62,551 nt of DNA from Planctomycetota bacterium. GTDB taxonomy: Bacteria > Planctomycetota > UBA1135 > UBA2386. Within the stretch, counting starts at the first letter, position 1, and the number at the start of each line of letters is the position of its first letter. A program made the position numbers and the translations under genes. The notes beneath the pieces are model-generated. The model searched no databases and had not been told where the DNA came from. It saw nothing but the letters and a program-made list of their open reading frames with translations. The DNA is taken from positions 1 to 62,551 of the forward strand of contig CANMWZ010000025.1 in NCBI GenBank assembly GCA_947501605.1. Reading direction: 5' to 3'. Below are positions 9,568 through 18,328 of the stretch, piece after piece.

Positions 9568-12500
9568 CTACGGAACCCAACGGCGCAGCCCGAACGACGT
9601 CGCGACGTAGAGTTCATTGCCTCCAATGCCATCGAGGTCGTGAGCCAGGATGGAGTTGTAGGCGCCCACTGCACCTTCGACTTGGGCTTGGTAGCGAAGC
9701 GCTCCGATCCCACCATTTGGAAGTCGCTCGAACACCAGCAGGTGGCCATCCAGCGATCCGACGACAATCTCGTCTGCCGCGGGTGCCGTCGGCGGAGAGG
9801 CAATCACGTCCACTACGGCAAGTCCGCAGACCCCATACACCTTGGGTCGCCCACCCTTCCCGTCGAGACGATAGATTTCCGGCGTGAGCAGGTGAGCTCC
9901 GGCGTATGTCTGGGCACCTTGGTAGGGTATCCGCACGATACACGACGTCATGTCGTCGGCTCCGCTCGGGTTGGGATTCTGTGGAGGTGCCTGTGAAGTC
10001 GACGAGAAGTGCTCGTCATCTGCGAAGTCCGCCATCGCTCCGAGATAGATGTCGGCGAAGGTGTTGTCCCTGGCTGCCGTCGCTAGAGCCATCCCACCCG
10101 TGCCGAAGTCGAGGACGCCGCTCGATGGGTAGCTGCGTTCTAGTAGAGGAACACCGCTCGGGTCCGCCGGTTCGAGTATCATCAGACGGGCCCCCGGAGT
10201 GTTCAGGGCGATGCGCGGTTCTCCGCAGACTGGGTCGCGGAACATGCGAAGAGCCTGGGCATCCGTAATGGCGAACGGGAAGGTCCCGTGGTTACGAAGG
10301 TCGTAGCCGCTCGCCTCGCTCACTGTGCTAGGTGCGCTCGTCGCCGGTGGACGGCCCGACGATGTCCACCAGGATAGGATCTGACGGGTCGGAGGGTTGC
10401 CGGCTTGGATAGGACCGAGCACCACTCCTTGGACACGGTTGGGCCAATCCGTGATGAGGTTCTGCAGGCGTGCCCATGGATCCCCGCCCCACCAAGCCAT
10501 CGACAAAGTACCATCGGGGTTCTCCAAGGCATCCCCGCCCATGGGGAACATGGCACTGCCGTCGTGCACCATGATGCGCGCAGGAGTGGCCGGGGTGGAG
10601 CGCCACACGCCGCCGGCGTTATTGAGGTAGTGGAAAGACTCTTCCGGCCAATAGGGCCAGCTCTCGATGGCGCTTGAGTTGGATGGAGTGGATATCGGAT
10701 GATGGATCGCCGGGTTCGGCCCCGGGACGCCGCTCACGTTGACCGTCGGCCCACCCGAGCCCGAGATGGTCGGCTGACCGCCGATATTCTTCATGTTGCG
10801 GTAGGGCCCGGGTCGCGAGGCACTCGCCCGAAAGGAGCCGACAGTTGCCACGTGCTCAGAGAACGCAACAAGATCGTCGCGATAGGTCACGTTTCCTGCT
10901 CCATCAACTCGCCAGCGAGTCCCCGACTGGTCGACCAGATCGAGGGTGTTCGAGCCAGGATCCTTCTGGATGGCCCACGTGGCGGCCACGGTGCGATTCG
11001 TGTAGGCATGCGGTCCGTTGGCCGCAAGAGGCCGCGAGCCAGCGGCCGGCGGCTGCGACCAACTGAATGCAGACGAGGACCCCGATCCCAGCTCGGCCAG
11101 TGGGATCCAGCCCACGTATCCAGATTCGGTCGAGATCACGACTTCCGGCCCCGCCGGGCTATTGGGCCCCAGGTCGCCCACCACCATGCCGATGGCTCGC
11201 GTGAATGGCAGATAGGACTGCAGGTCCTTCCAACCGGTCGGCCCCGAAGCCGCAGGCGCGAATCTCACCAACTGGCCATTCCTCATGCCGACGAACTCCA
11301 CGCCATCCCATGCGAGATTGGCCGCAGTGGATCGCGTCGGCAGGAAGGTGGAAAGGTTGAATGTGGCCGTCGGATTCCAGCCTCTGGCGCGGTGCTGTCC
11401 TCCAGTTCCTATTGGGGCCAGAGTCCCCGCATCGAACAGCATCACGTCTTCTAATTGGCCTTGGATCGTCGACCCGCAGAGCACGGCCAGTTGGGCCCCA
11501 GAGCCTGGAGTGCCCATCAGTTCCATGTCCACCGGCGTACCGCTAAGTCTCGGCGATGTCGCCTCGACGATCATCGACGGCAGTCCCTGCCCTGTGGGAT
11601 CCCACAGGACATTAAGGACATGACCTCGCTCTGACAGGATCGAAAGTCGCACGTAGGGTCCCTCGACACCCAGCACAATCATATCGATGACGCCAGGTTC
11701 TCCGTAGCGCCCGATCTCCTGGAACCCCCCGTTCGATGGGTCTGCGCTGAAACATGCAATGCAGCCGTGCTCGGAGGCAAAGAAGACCTCTTCGTAGCCG
11801 CCTTCGATCACATCAGCCCTGCACAGGTGTCTTGGATTCCCAAATTCCCAGTCGAGGTTACGAACGGACAAGATAGTTGAGAGGCTCTCGGAGTTGAGCG
11901 CGTGGAGACCACGCCGCGTGCCGACGATGATCTCCTTGGCCGCCGAGCCATTGGCCTGGGCCCTGCAGAGCGTCCACGCGCCATAGCCCAGCGACTCACT
12001 CATGGCCTGCGGAACGAGTTCATTGTTCGCCGCGAGCGTTAGTCGGGTCACGACACCCTCAGCCGAACCGACGTAAATGGAACCTTCGTTGACCAAGATC
12101 GCATCGCCAGGACTCAGGTAAGTCCCGATGCCGAACGACTTGCCCGGTCTTCTGGCTTCGGCAATCAAGGACCGGACAGGCGACCCGAGCCCTGCCTGTC
12201 CGAGGAAGTTCGCGTCGAGACGAAGGGGCGAAGTCGGCGCGGGAGGAGGCGGCGAAGTCGGTTGCAGGAAGTGGTCCCACGGGTCCTGCGTGGCGTCGAC
12301 TGCGGGTCGAACCATGGGCGGCGTGAACGCAATCGTGGGCGCTGCGGTGCGGGATAGCACAGCCTGCCCCAGGAATCCGAGGATTGCTTCTTCGAAGGAC
12401 AGATGGTTGTTGCCCAGCCAACCGGAGGTCGCGGGCGCTGGGATCGATTTCGGAGCGGCAGACAGATAGGGCTTGAACGGGCGTTGGTCTGCGAAGTGCC

Positions 12501-13965
12501 CACACTTCGACACGACCGAGAAGAAGTAGGGAACGCTTGCGCTGGGTGCATTCGTCGCCTGCCCGCTGGCCACGAACGAGCGATTTCCGGTGAGCCACGG
12601 AATCGCCTCGACTCCGGAACTGATGTGGTCCTCGTCCGCGACGATGACATAGACCGGCCGCTTCAAGAAGCCGTCGCGCCAAGCGCGCGTACTCGAGACG
12701 TGGAAGAACGGGCTCCAGGTGTCTAACTGCGCCTGCGTGAATGGGCCGCCCTGAGCGGTCGACCCGTAGTAGTCTTTGGCGACACCCCAGATCGCCGACG
12801 CATAGTGCAGGCATTCGTTCGGACTGAAGTTACTACTCTGCTCGACGAAGCCGGACAGGGCGCCGAGGTAACGGTGGGACTCCTGTTCGCCGACCCAGGC
12901 CCGCATGGACGGGCATGCCCCACTGGAGACTGCGCCGTGGAAGTCGGAGGGAAACAGGATCGCGGACCACAGCGAGACTGCACCGCCAAGTGACCCGCCT
13001 TCGATCACGCACGTAAACGGCGCGGGATCGCTGGGGTAGCCATTGGGTTGCGAAGGCGAGGCCAGGGCCTGCCACGAGGGAGTCGGCGGGCGCCAGACCG
13101 ACGCGGTGCCGTTCTGGTTGAAGTGCGTGAGCATCTTCTGCACTGCGCGGGCGATCTCGAGGTTTCGCTGGATCTGAAACCGAGTCGGCCGCACGACGAT
13201 CTGCGGCAGGATGCGGACCGCCACGAGGTTGCGTCGCCCCGCTCCCTGGGGAAGGGACTGGTTCGCCCACATGAGAGGGATGTGCCCCATCCAGTTCACG
13301 TCGGCCCGGGCGTTGCCTCCGGGAGGTGTCGGAAACGCTGCGTCTGCGTCACGCTCGAGGCCACTGTGGCTGTCACTGCCGCCGTAGCCGTGCTTGATCC
13401 CGAAGTCCGGCGCGTTTCCCTTTCCTGGAGAAGTGATGTCGCCAACAAAGGTCGGCGGTGTCTGCAACACAATCACGGTGCGGGCATTCGGATCGTGGAA
13501 CTCGGTGGTGATGAGCTCGAAGCCAGCATCGGCGACGCGCGTCGGATCCGCGGGACCAGTCAGGTCCACAGGTAATGGAGGCGTTCCCGGAAGCGGCTGC
13601 GGGCGCAGATAACCGCGCAGACGCCAGTAGCGAGCCCCCATCGAGGACTCCAGCACCCATCCCTCAGGCGCGCTGCCGGAGAACGGCGGGTAGGGCGGGT
13701 TGTAGCGGTGGACGTGCACACCGAGGATCGGGTTGGGATTGGGCCAGCTCAGAAATCCACCGTGGTCGGCGGCTTCGGCGGACTCGCCAAAGTTCCACTT
13801 GCCGGCGGGGTTGTCGATCGGCGAGCTGCCGGGGGGCGGGTCCGGCAGGTTGAGCATCGCGCTAGCCTTGGGGTGGTCGGGCCAAGCGGGGTTGTTGGGG
13901 GTGCCACCGGACCCCGGAAGCCCCTGCCGCTGCACTCCCGAGGCATCCCCGACATGCGGCTGCAC
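9568..13965 (-). CDS. Very large secreted protein: alpha/beta-hydrolase-like domain followed by FG-GAP/VCBS-like beta-propeller repeats; true start probably ATG 14099 (currently out of frame)
   Basis: 1465-codon ORF. IEGGSLGGAVS nucleophile elbow, VADEDH and KCGHF candidate Asp/His. Blade-like motifs ADVIEGGYEEVFFASE, GDLGPNSPAGPEVVISTESG, DEIVVGSLDG, HDLDGIGGNELYVATS. Frame continues upstream through a signal-peptide-like VVLWCVSGPLLLAQS. Confidence 0.75.
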   Translation of the reverse strand: MQPHVGDASGVQRQGLPGSGGTPNNPAWPDHPKASAMLNLPDPPPGSSPIDNPAGKWNFGESAEAADHGGFLSWPNPNPILGVHVHRYNPPYPPFSGSAPEGWVLESSMGARYWRLRGYLRPQPLPGTPPLPVDLTGPADPTRVADAGFELITTEFHDPNARTVIVLQTPPTFVGDITSPGKGNAPDFGIKHGYGGSDSHSGLERDADAAFPTPPGGNARADVNWMGHIPLMWANQSLPQGAGRRNLVAVRILPQIVVRPTRFQIQRNLEIARAVQKMLTHFNQNGTASVWRPPTPSWQALASPSQPNGYPSDPAPFTCVIEGGSLGGAVSLWSAILFPSDFHGAVSSGACPSMRAWVGEQESHRYLGALSGFVEQSSNFSPNECLHYASAIWGVAKDYYGSTAQGGPFTQAQLDTWSPFFHVSSTRAWRDGFLKRPVYVIVADEDHISSGVEAIPWLTGNRSFVASGQATNAPSASVPYFFSVVSKCGHFADQRPFKPYLSAAPKSIPAPATSGWLGNNHLSFEEAILGFLGQAVLSRTAAPTIAFTPPMVRPAVDATQDPWDHFLQPTSPPPPAPTSPLRLDANFLGQAGLGSPVRSLIAEARRPGKSFGIGTYLSPGDAILVNEGSIYVGSAEGVVTRLTLAANNELVPQAMSESLGYGAWTLCRAQANGSAAKEIIVGTRRGLHALNSESLSTILSVRNLDWEFGNPRHLCRADVIEGGYEEVFFASEHGCIACFSADPSNGGFQEIGRYGEPGVIDMIVLGVEGPYVRLSILSERGHVLNVLWDPTGQGLPSMIVEATSPRLSGTPVDMELMGTPGSGAQLAVLCGSTIQGQLEDVMLFDAGTLAPIGTGGQHRARGWNPTATFNLSTFLPTRSTAANLAWDGVEFVGMRNGQLVRFAPAASGPTGWKDLQSYLPFTRAIGMVVGDLGPNSPAGPEVVISTESGYVGWIPLAELGSGSSSAFSWSQPPAAGSRPLAANGPHAYTNRTVAATWAIQKDPGSNTLDLVDQSGTRWRVDGAGNVTYRDDLVAFSEHVATVGSFRASASRPGPYRNMKNIGGQPTISGSGGPTVNVSGVPGPNPAIHHPISTPSNSSAIESWPYWPEESFHYLNNAGGVWRSTPATPARIMVHDGSAMFPMGGDALENPDGTLSMAWWGGDPWARLQNLITDWPNRVQGVVLGPIQAGNPPTRQILSWWTSSGRPPATSAPSTVSEASGYDLRNHGTFPFAITDAQALRMFRDPVCGEPRIALNTPGARLMILEPADPSGVPLLERSYPSSGVLDFGTGGMALATAARDNTFADIYLGAMADFADDEHFSSTSQAPPQNPNPSGADDMTSCIVRIPYQGAQTYAGAHLLTPEIYRLDGKGGRPKVYGVCGLAVVDVIASPPTAPAADEIVVGSLDGHLLVFERLPNGGIGALRYQAQVEGAVGAYNSILAHDLDGIGGNELYVATSFGLRRWVP

Positions 13966-14031
13966 GCCGTCAGGAGACTGCGCGAGCAGCAGGGGCCCGG
14001 AGACACACCAGAGAACAACGTCACGTAGCTT

Positions 14032-14065
14032 GCGATGCCGCGATGCCGCGATGCCGCGATGCCGC
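14032..14065. repeat. Perfect 8-bp tandem repeat (GATGCCGC)x4 plus 2 bp, inside the 5' end of the large gene
   Basis: Units at 14034-14041, 14042-14049, 14050-14057 and 14058-14065, read directly from the sequence. Confidence 0.95.
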
Positions 14066-14335
14066 AGGAGCGCAGAGCCGGATGCGAGAGACCTTGCATG
14101 GAAACCTCCTCGAAAACGGAGCCCGCGATCGATGTCCTTGTCCCCGACACCGAGCCGCTGCTCGTGGCCCGGAGGCTACTCCCCCTCCGAGCAGCCGTCA
14201 ACCCGTGGGCAATGGGAGAGACTGCAGAACGCTTCTCCCCGCAAGGCCGCAAGCCCCTGCTGACCAAGGCCAGAGCTGGGCGAGATGCACGAGCACGATC
14301 GATCTCGGCAGACACATCGGCCCCATCAAAGGTCA

Positions 14336-14353
14336 GGGGCTCTCACGAGCCCC
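14336..14353 (-). terminator. GC-rich hairpin downstream of the DUF481 gene, possible intrinsic terminator
   Basis: GGGGCTC-tcac-GAGCCCC 7-bp perfect stem about 40 nt after the stop codon. The U-tract is weak. Confidence 0.4.
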
Positions 14354-14395
14354 CTGCGCTGCCCCCGCACCCCAACACGCGGGGCTCCACCAGCC

Positions 14396-15406
14396 TCAGA
14401 ACTTCCAGCCGACGCTCAACAACACGCGGTGGTCGCTGCGTTCGCGCGTCGGCGCCGGCGTGTTGTCATAGTCCCAGATCCACGCCAACGAACCGATCAT
14501 GCTCTCGGTCAGGTTGGTTCGGACTTCGGTCGTCGACTGGAAGTAGATGTCTTGGCTGTTCTCGGTGCTCGGGAACGCTTCAACACCATGAATCAACGAC
14601 GTCTTGTCGTTGAACGAGTGGCGCAACTTATAGGCAACACGAGCGGCGAGGTAGTCCACCGAAGCCGCGCCCGAACGGTACTGCTCGCTGAAGTACGACA
14701 GACCGACTTCACCGGTCATCTTCGTGGTCTCGTTGTCGAGGAGCTGAAAACCGATACCAAGACCGCCGGTGAATCGCAGATCCAAGTCGGCGAGGGTGTC
14801 ACCGAGCACGCGACTCGTCGCCAGGCCGTACGTCGTCTTGGTGAAGAAGCGATCGTACTTGATGCCAGCACCGGTGCGACGCTGGGTCAGGTTCCAGTTG
14901 GTCTGGCCCTGTGGCTTGTCCTGCGCATAGTCCCACGAAGCATCGACATTGAAGCGATCTTCGGGGTAGCGCAGCTCAGCATCGAACGAACCCGCCACGT
15001 TGCGGCGTTCGGTGTTGCCCGACACGAGACCAGCGCCGAGCTTGAAAGCGCCAGTCCACTTGGGCGGCGGATCCTCTGGCGGGTTGATCTTGTCGAGGTT
15101 CGAGAGCAGCTCGGAGCCCTGGCCGTCGAACTGCAGTGCACCTTTGTCGATGCCGGCAATGCGACGGCGAATGAGATCACCGGTCGACGTGAGCAGTTGC
15201 ACTGGCTCCGCCGTCTTGATGTCCGTGACGTTGGCCATCGGGACGACGACGTCGCCGAGAGCTGGCGAGTTGATGGTCAACTTGCCGTCAGCCATCGCCT
15301 TGACGGAACCGTTCAGAACGTCGCCGTTGCTGAGTGTGACCTTGTCTTGGGCAAGTGCTGCGGAAGCCAGCGACAGCGATAGAGCGAGACGTAGAACCAA
15401 GCGCAT
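14396..15406 (-). CDS. DUF481 / YdiY-like outer-membrane beta-barrel protein
   Basis: Signal peptide ending ALA|QD, DKVTLSNGDVLNG N-domain, WTGAFKLGAGLVSGNT, GIKYDRFF, WDYDNTPAP and C-terminal aromatic VGWKF. Confidence 0.85.
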   Translation of the reverse strand: MRLVLRLALSLSLASAALAQDKVTLSNGDVLNGSVKAMADGKLTINSPALGDVVVPMANVTDIKTAEPVQLLTSTGDLIRRRIAGIDKGALQFDGQGSELLSNLDKINPPEDPPPKWTGAFKLGAGLVSGNTERRNVAGSFDAELRYPEDRFNVDASWDYAQDKPQGQTNWNLTQRRTGAGIKYDRFFTKTTYGLATSRVLGDTLADLDLRFTGGLGIGFQLLDNETTKMTGEVGLSYFSEQYRSGAASVDYLAARVAYKLRHSFNDKTSLIHGVEAFPSTENSQDIYFQSTTEVRTNLTESMIGSLAWIWDYDNTPAPTRERSDHRVLLSVGWKF

Positions 15407-15549
15407 GTAGATACCTTTGCGGAGATAGCGGACGAGGCCGGTGAACAAACCGTCTCACCGGAGCCTCGGCAAGGCCAGAGGTGCCATTCCGCCCGACGGG
15501 CTGCGGGATGAAGACCCTCGAACCGTCGCCGATCAGAGTCCGGATCCGA

Positions 15550-17142
15550 TCACAGACTGTCGAGATACTTGCCGGCCTCGTAGTTGGCGAGGTCGAGGAT
15601 CTTGGTGCAGATGCGGTCCAGGAAGTAGCGATCGTGCGAGACCACCACCATGCAGCCCGGGAACTCTTGGATCGCCTCCTCGAGCACGCGCAACGTGTCG
15701 AGGTCGAGGTCGTTGGTCGGTTCGTCGAGCAGGATCATGTTGCCGCCGCGGCGCAGCATCTTGGCGAGTTGCACGCGATTGCGCTGACCGCCTGACAGCG
15801 AGCCCACCAGTTGCTGCTGGTCTTGCCCGGTGAAGTTGAACTTCGCGACGTAGCTGCGGCTGTTCACTTCGAGCTTGCCGAGCTTGATGATGTCCTGCGC
15901 GTCGCTGATCTCCTGCCAGACCGACTTCGTCGGATCGAGCGACTCGCGCTCCTGGTCGACGTGGCACAACTCGACGGTCTGACCGACCACCACGCGCCCG
16001 CTCTGCGGCTTGAGCTTGCCCGTGATGAGCTTCAGGCAGGTCGTCTTGCCGGTGCCGTTCGGCCCGACGATGCCGAGGATGTCACCCGGCGCCATCTCGA
16101 ACGAGAGGTTGTCGACGACCTTGTTCACGCCATCGTAGGAGAAGTCGACCTTCTCGAACCGGATGACCGTGTCGCCGAGGCGTTTGCCAGCAGGAATGTG
16201 CAACTCGACGGTGTCGTCGCGCTCCTCGACCTCGGTCTCGAGCATCTTGTCGTAGTTCTTGAGGCGCGCCTTGTTCTTGGTCGTTCGCGCCTTCGGGTTC
16301 ATGCGCAGCCACTCGAGCTCGCGCTCAAGGAACTTGCCGCGCCGCTGCTCCGCCGTCTCCTGCGCTTCCATGCGCTTGCTGCGCTGGATCAGGTACTGCG
16401 AGTAGTTGCCCTCGTAGGGGATGGTGCGGCCGTGATAGACCTCGAGCATCCAGCCGACGACGTTGTCGAGGAAGAAGCGATCGTGCGTGATCACGACGAC
16501 AGTGCCCTTGTACTCCTTCAACGTCTCCTCGAGCCAACGCACGGTGTCGACGTCCAAGTGGTTGGTGGGCTCGTCGAGCAGCAAGAGGTCCGGGTGCTCT
16601 AGAAGTTGTCGGCACAGCGCCACACGGCGACGTTCACCGCCTGAACAGGCGTTGACCATCTTGTCGCCGGCCGGGAGGTGCAGCTTGGTCATCGCCGTTT
16701 CGACATGGCGATCGAGTTCCCAGGCGTCTTTGGCCTCGATCTCGTGCTGCAGGCGCTCGAGGTCGGCCATGACCTTGTTCATCTCCTTGTCGGAGAGATC
16801 CTCACCAAGACGCATGCTCATGTCCTCGTGCTGCTTCAAGAGCGCGCGAATGGGCTCGACGGCCAACTCGACGTTCTGCCGCACGGTCATGGTCTCTTCG
16901 AGCTTCGGCTCCTGGGGCACGTAGCCGACCGTCTTGCCTTCGGCGAGGCGCGCGGTGCCGTCGAACTCTTTGTCGACGCCTGCCATGATGCGCAGCATCG
17001 TCGACTTGCCAGCGCCGTTCTGGCCGATGACGCCGATCTTGGCGCCCTCGAGGAACACCAGGGAGATGTCCTTCAGAACGGGCTTCTTGCTCTGGTAGCT
17101 CTTGGTGAGCCGTTCGATGGCGAAGATCGGTTTGTCACTCAT
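15550..17142 (-). CDS. ettA: Energy-dependent translational throttle A (ABC-F)
   Basis: LKDISLVFLEGAKIGVIGQNGAGKSTMLRIMAGVDKEFDG; two ABC cassettes (SGGERRRVALC, LSGGQRNRVQLAK); linker LERELEWLRMNPKARTTKNKARL; no TM segments. Confidence 0.9.
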   Translation of the reverse strand: MSDKPIFAIERLTKSYQSKKPVLKDISLVFLEGAKIGVIGQNGAGKSTMLRIMAGVDKEFDGTARLAEGKTVGYVPQEPKLEETMTVRQNVELAVEPIRALLKQHEDMSMRLGEDLSDKEMNKVMADLERLQHEIEAKDAWELDRHVETAMTKLHLPAGDKMVNACSGGERRRVALCRQLLEHPDLLLLDEPTNHLDVDTVRWLEETLKEYKGTVVVITHDRFFLDNVVGWMLEVYHGRTIPYEGNYSQYLIQRSKRMEAQETAEQRRGKFLERELEWLRMNPKARTTKNKARLKNYDKMLETEVEERDDTVELHIPAGKRLGDTVIRFEKVDFSYDGVNKVVDNLSFEMAPGDILGIVGPNGTGKTTCLKLITGKLKPQSGRVVVGQTVELCHVDQERESLDPTKSVWQEISDAQDIIKLGKLEVNSRSYVAKFNFTGQDQQQLVGSLSGGQRNRVQLAKMLRRGGNMILLDEPTNDLDLDTLRVLEEAIQEFPGCMVVVSHDRYFLDRICTKILDLANYEAGKYLDSL

Positions 17143-17245
17143 GGGTGCAGACTGGCTGGGAGGGCGAAAGAGGCTACGGACCAGACCCGCCTTCGTCCAA
17201 CACCCCCCGCTCCAGGCAACGACGAGCCATCGCCTTCTCCCTGGC

Positions 17246-17251
17246 TATGCT
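17246..17251 (+). promoter_or_regulatory. Candidate -10 box (TATGCT) of a leaderless tatA/B transcript
   Basis: TANNNT exactly 6 nt before the GTG at 17258; no SD sequence. Confidence 0.4.
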
Positions 17252-17257
17252 GTTCGC

Positions 17258-17632
17258 GTGCTCGCCTTTCTGCCCACCCTCGGCTTCCAGGAGATGTTCT
17301 TGCTCATCGTCCTGGGCGTCATGCTGTACGGCCGCAACCTGCCGGAGGTCGGTCGCAAGTTTGGCCGCACCGTCTCGCAACTGCGGCGAGGGATGCACGA
17401 GTTCAAGGCCCAGATGGACCGGGATGAGTCGCTGCGCGAGCTGCGTGACACGGTCCGCGACACGCGCGACGAAGTGCGACGCGCCGGAACGATTCCGCGG
17501 GCGTTGACGGACCCGGCACAGGCAGTGCGCGACCTTGCCAATCAGGCCATGAAGCAGCCACTGGAAACCGAGGAGCCGACGGTCGACGACGGCAGCGGGG
17601 ACGTCAAGCCCGGCACGCCGCCGCACGCTTGA
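17258..17632 (+). CDS. Twin-arginine translocase TatA/TatB family subunit
   Basis: LGFQEMFLLIVLGVMLYGRNLPEVGRKFGRTVSQLRRGMHEFK: short TM, hinge and amphipathic helix of TatA/B. Confidence 0.85.
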   Translation: MLAFLPTLGFQEMFLLIVLGVMLYGRNLPEVGRKFGRTVSQLRRGMHEFKAQMDRDESLRELRDTVRDTRDEVRRAGTIPRALTDPAQAVRDLANQAMKQPLETEEPTVDDGSGDVKPGTPPHA

Positions 17633-17644
17633 TCTCGCTCGACC

Positions 17645-18289
17645 TCAGCGCTTCGGGCTTGGTCCGGCGGGCTTCTTCGGAGCCGGTGGCGCGCCGAGAT
17701 TGTCCTGAATGGCCGCATCACCCGCGTCAAAGATGCTCATCCAGTCGCCAGCCTGACCCTTGGTGTTGGCCCGCTTCGTCGCCGCTACTTCGCGGCGCTT
17801 CTGCTCCTGGTCGAACCACGGCTTGAAGGTCGGGTACATGCTGCCCAGGACCTTCTTGTTCTCCGAGATGAGACCGACGTACGGGAAGATCTCGCACTTC
17901 GTCTCACGCTGGATTTTGCCGATGACCTCCCACGGACTCAGGATCGGCATGACGATGCAAAGCACGTCGTCGAACAGGTCGAGCGGGATGATGAGGTTCT
18001 CGAACAGCAACTTCTCAGGAACGCGCTTCTTGGCCTCTTCGCTGATCGCATAGCTGCTCGCCATCAGGAACGGCAACTGGAAGTTCTCGGCGACGAGCTT
18101 GGCCAAGTCCCACTCCGTTATGTGGCCGCCAGCAACCAGCGTCTGTACGAACGGGTCGCCGTGCTTGTCTTGGGCATAGAGTGCATCCGTGATGATCTCA
18201 GAAGAAATCGTGTTCTTCTGCGAGATCACCTCGGCCAGTCGGACGCACGTGAGCTTTTCGAGACCCTTCACCTTCCCGAGATCGACCAA
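17645..18289 (-). CDS. Stand-alone T2SSE_N/MshEN-like domain protein (no ATPase)
   Basis: RLAEVISQKNTISSEIITDALYAQ...LVAGGHITEWDLAKLVAENFQLPF...VPEKLLFENLIIPL resembles PilB/GspE N-terminal domains. Start uncertain (TTG 18289 or GTG 18271). Confidence 0.6.
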   Translation of the reverse strand: MVDLGKVKGLEKLTCVRLAEVISQKNTISSEIITDALYAQDKHGDPFVQTLVAGGHITEWDLAKLVAENFQLPFLMASSYAISEEAKKRVPEKLLFENLIIPLDLFDDVLCIVMPILSPWEVIGKIQRETKCEIFPYVGLISENKKVLGSMYPTFKPWFDQEQKRREVAATKRANTKGQAGDWMSIFDAGDAAIQDNLGAPPAPKKPAGPSPKR

Positions 18290-18328
18290 TCGACTACCGG
18301 TCCTTGAGTCGCCGATTGCATCGACGGC

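Noticed and set aside
8210..14398. Similar TGAGGC(G/T)GGTG after the lptD and DUF481 stop codons, as possible island-end inverted repeats
   Set aside because: Short, imperfect and includes the stop codons; no recombinase or target duplication.
15550..17142. ABC ATPase near the lpt genes as a possible lptB
   Set aside because: It has two NBDs and the EttA linker, so it is an ABC-F translation factor.
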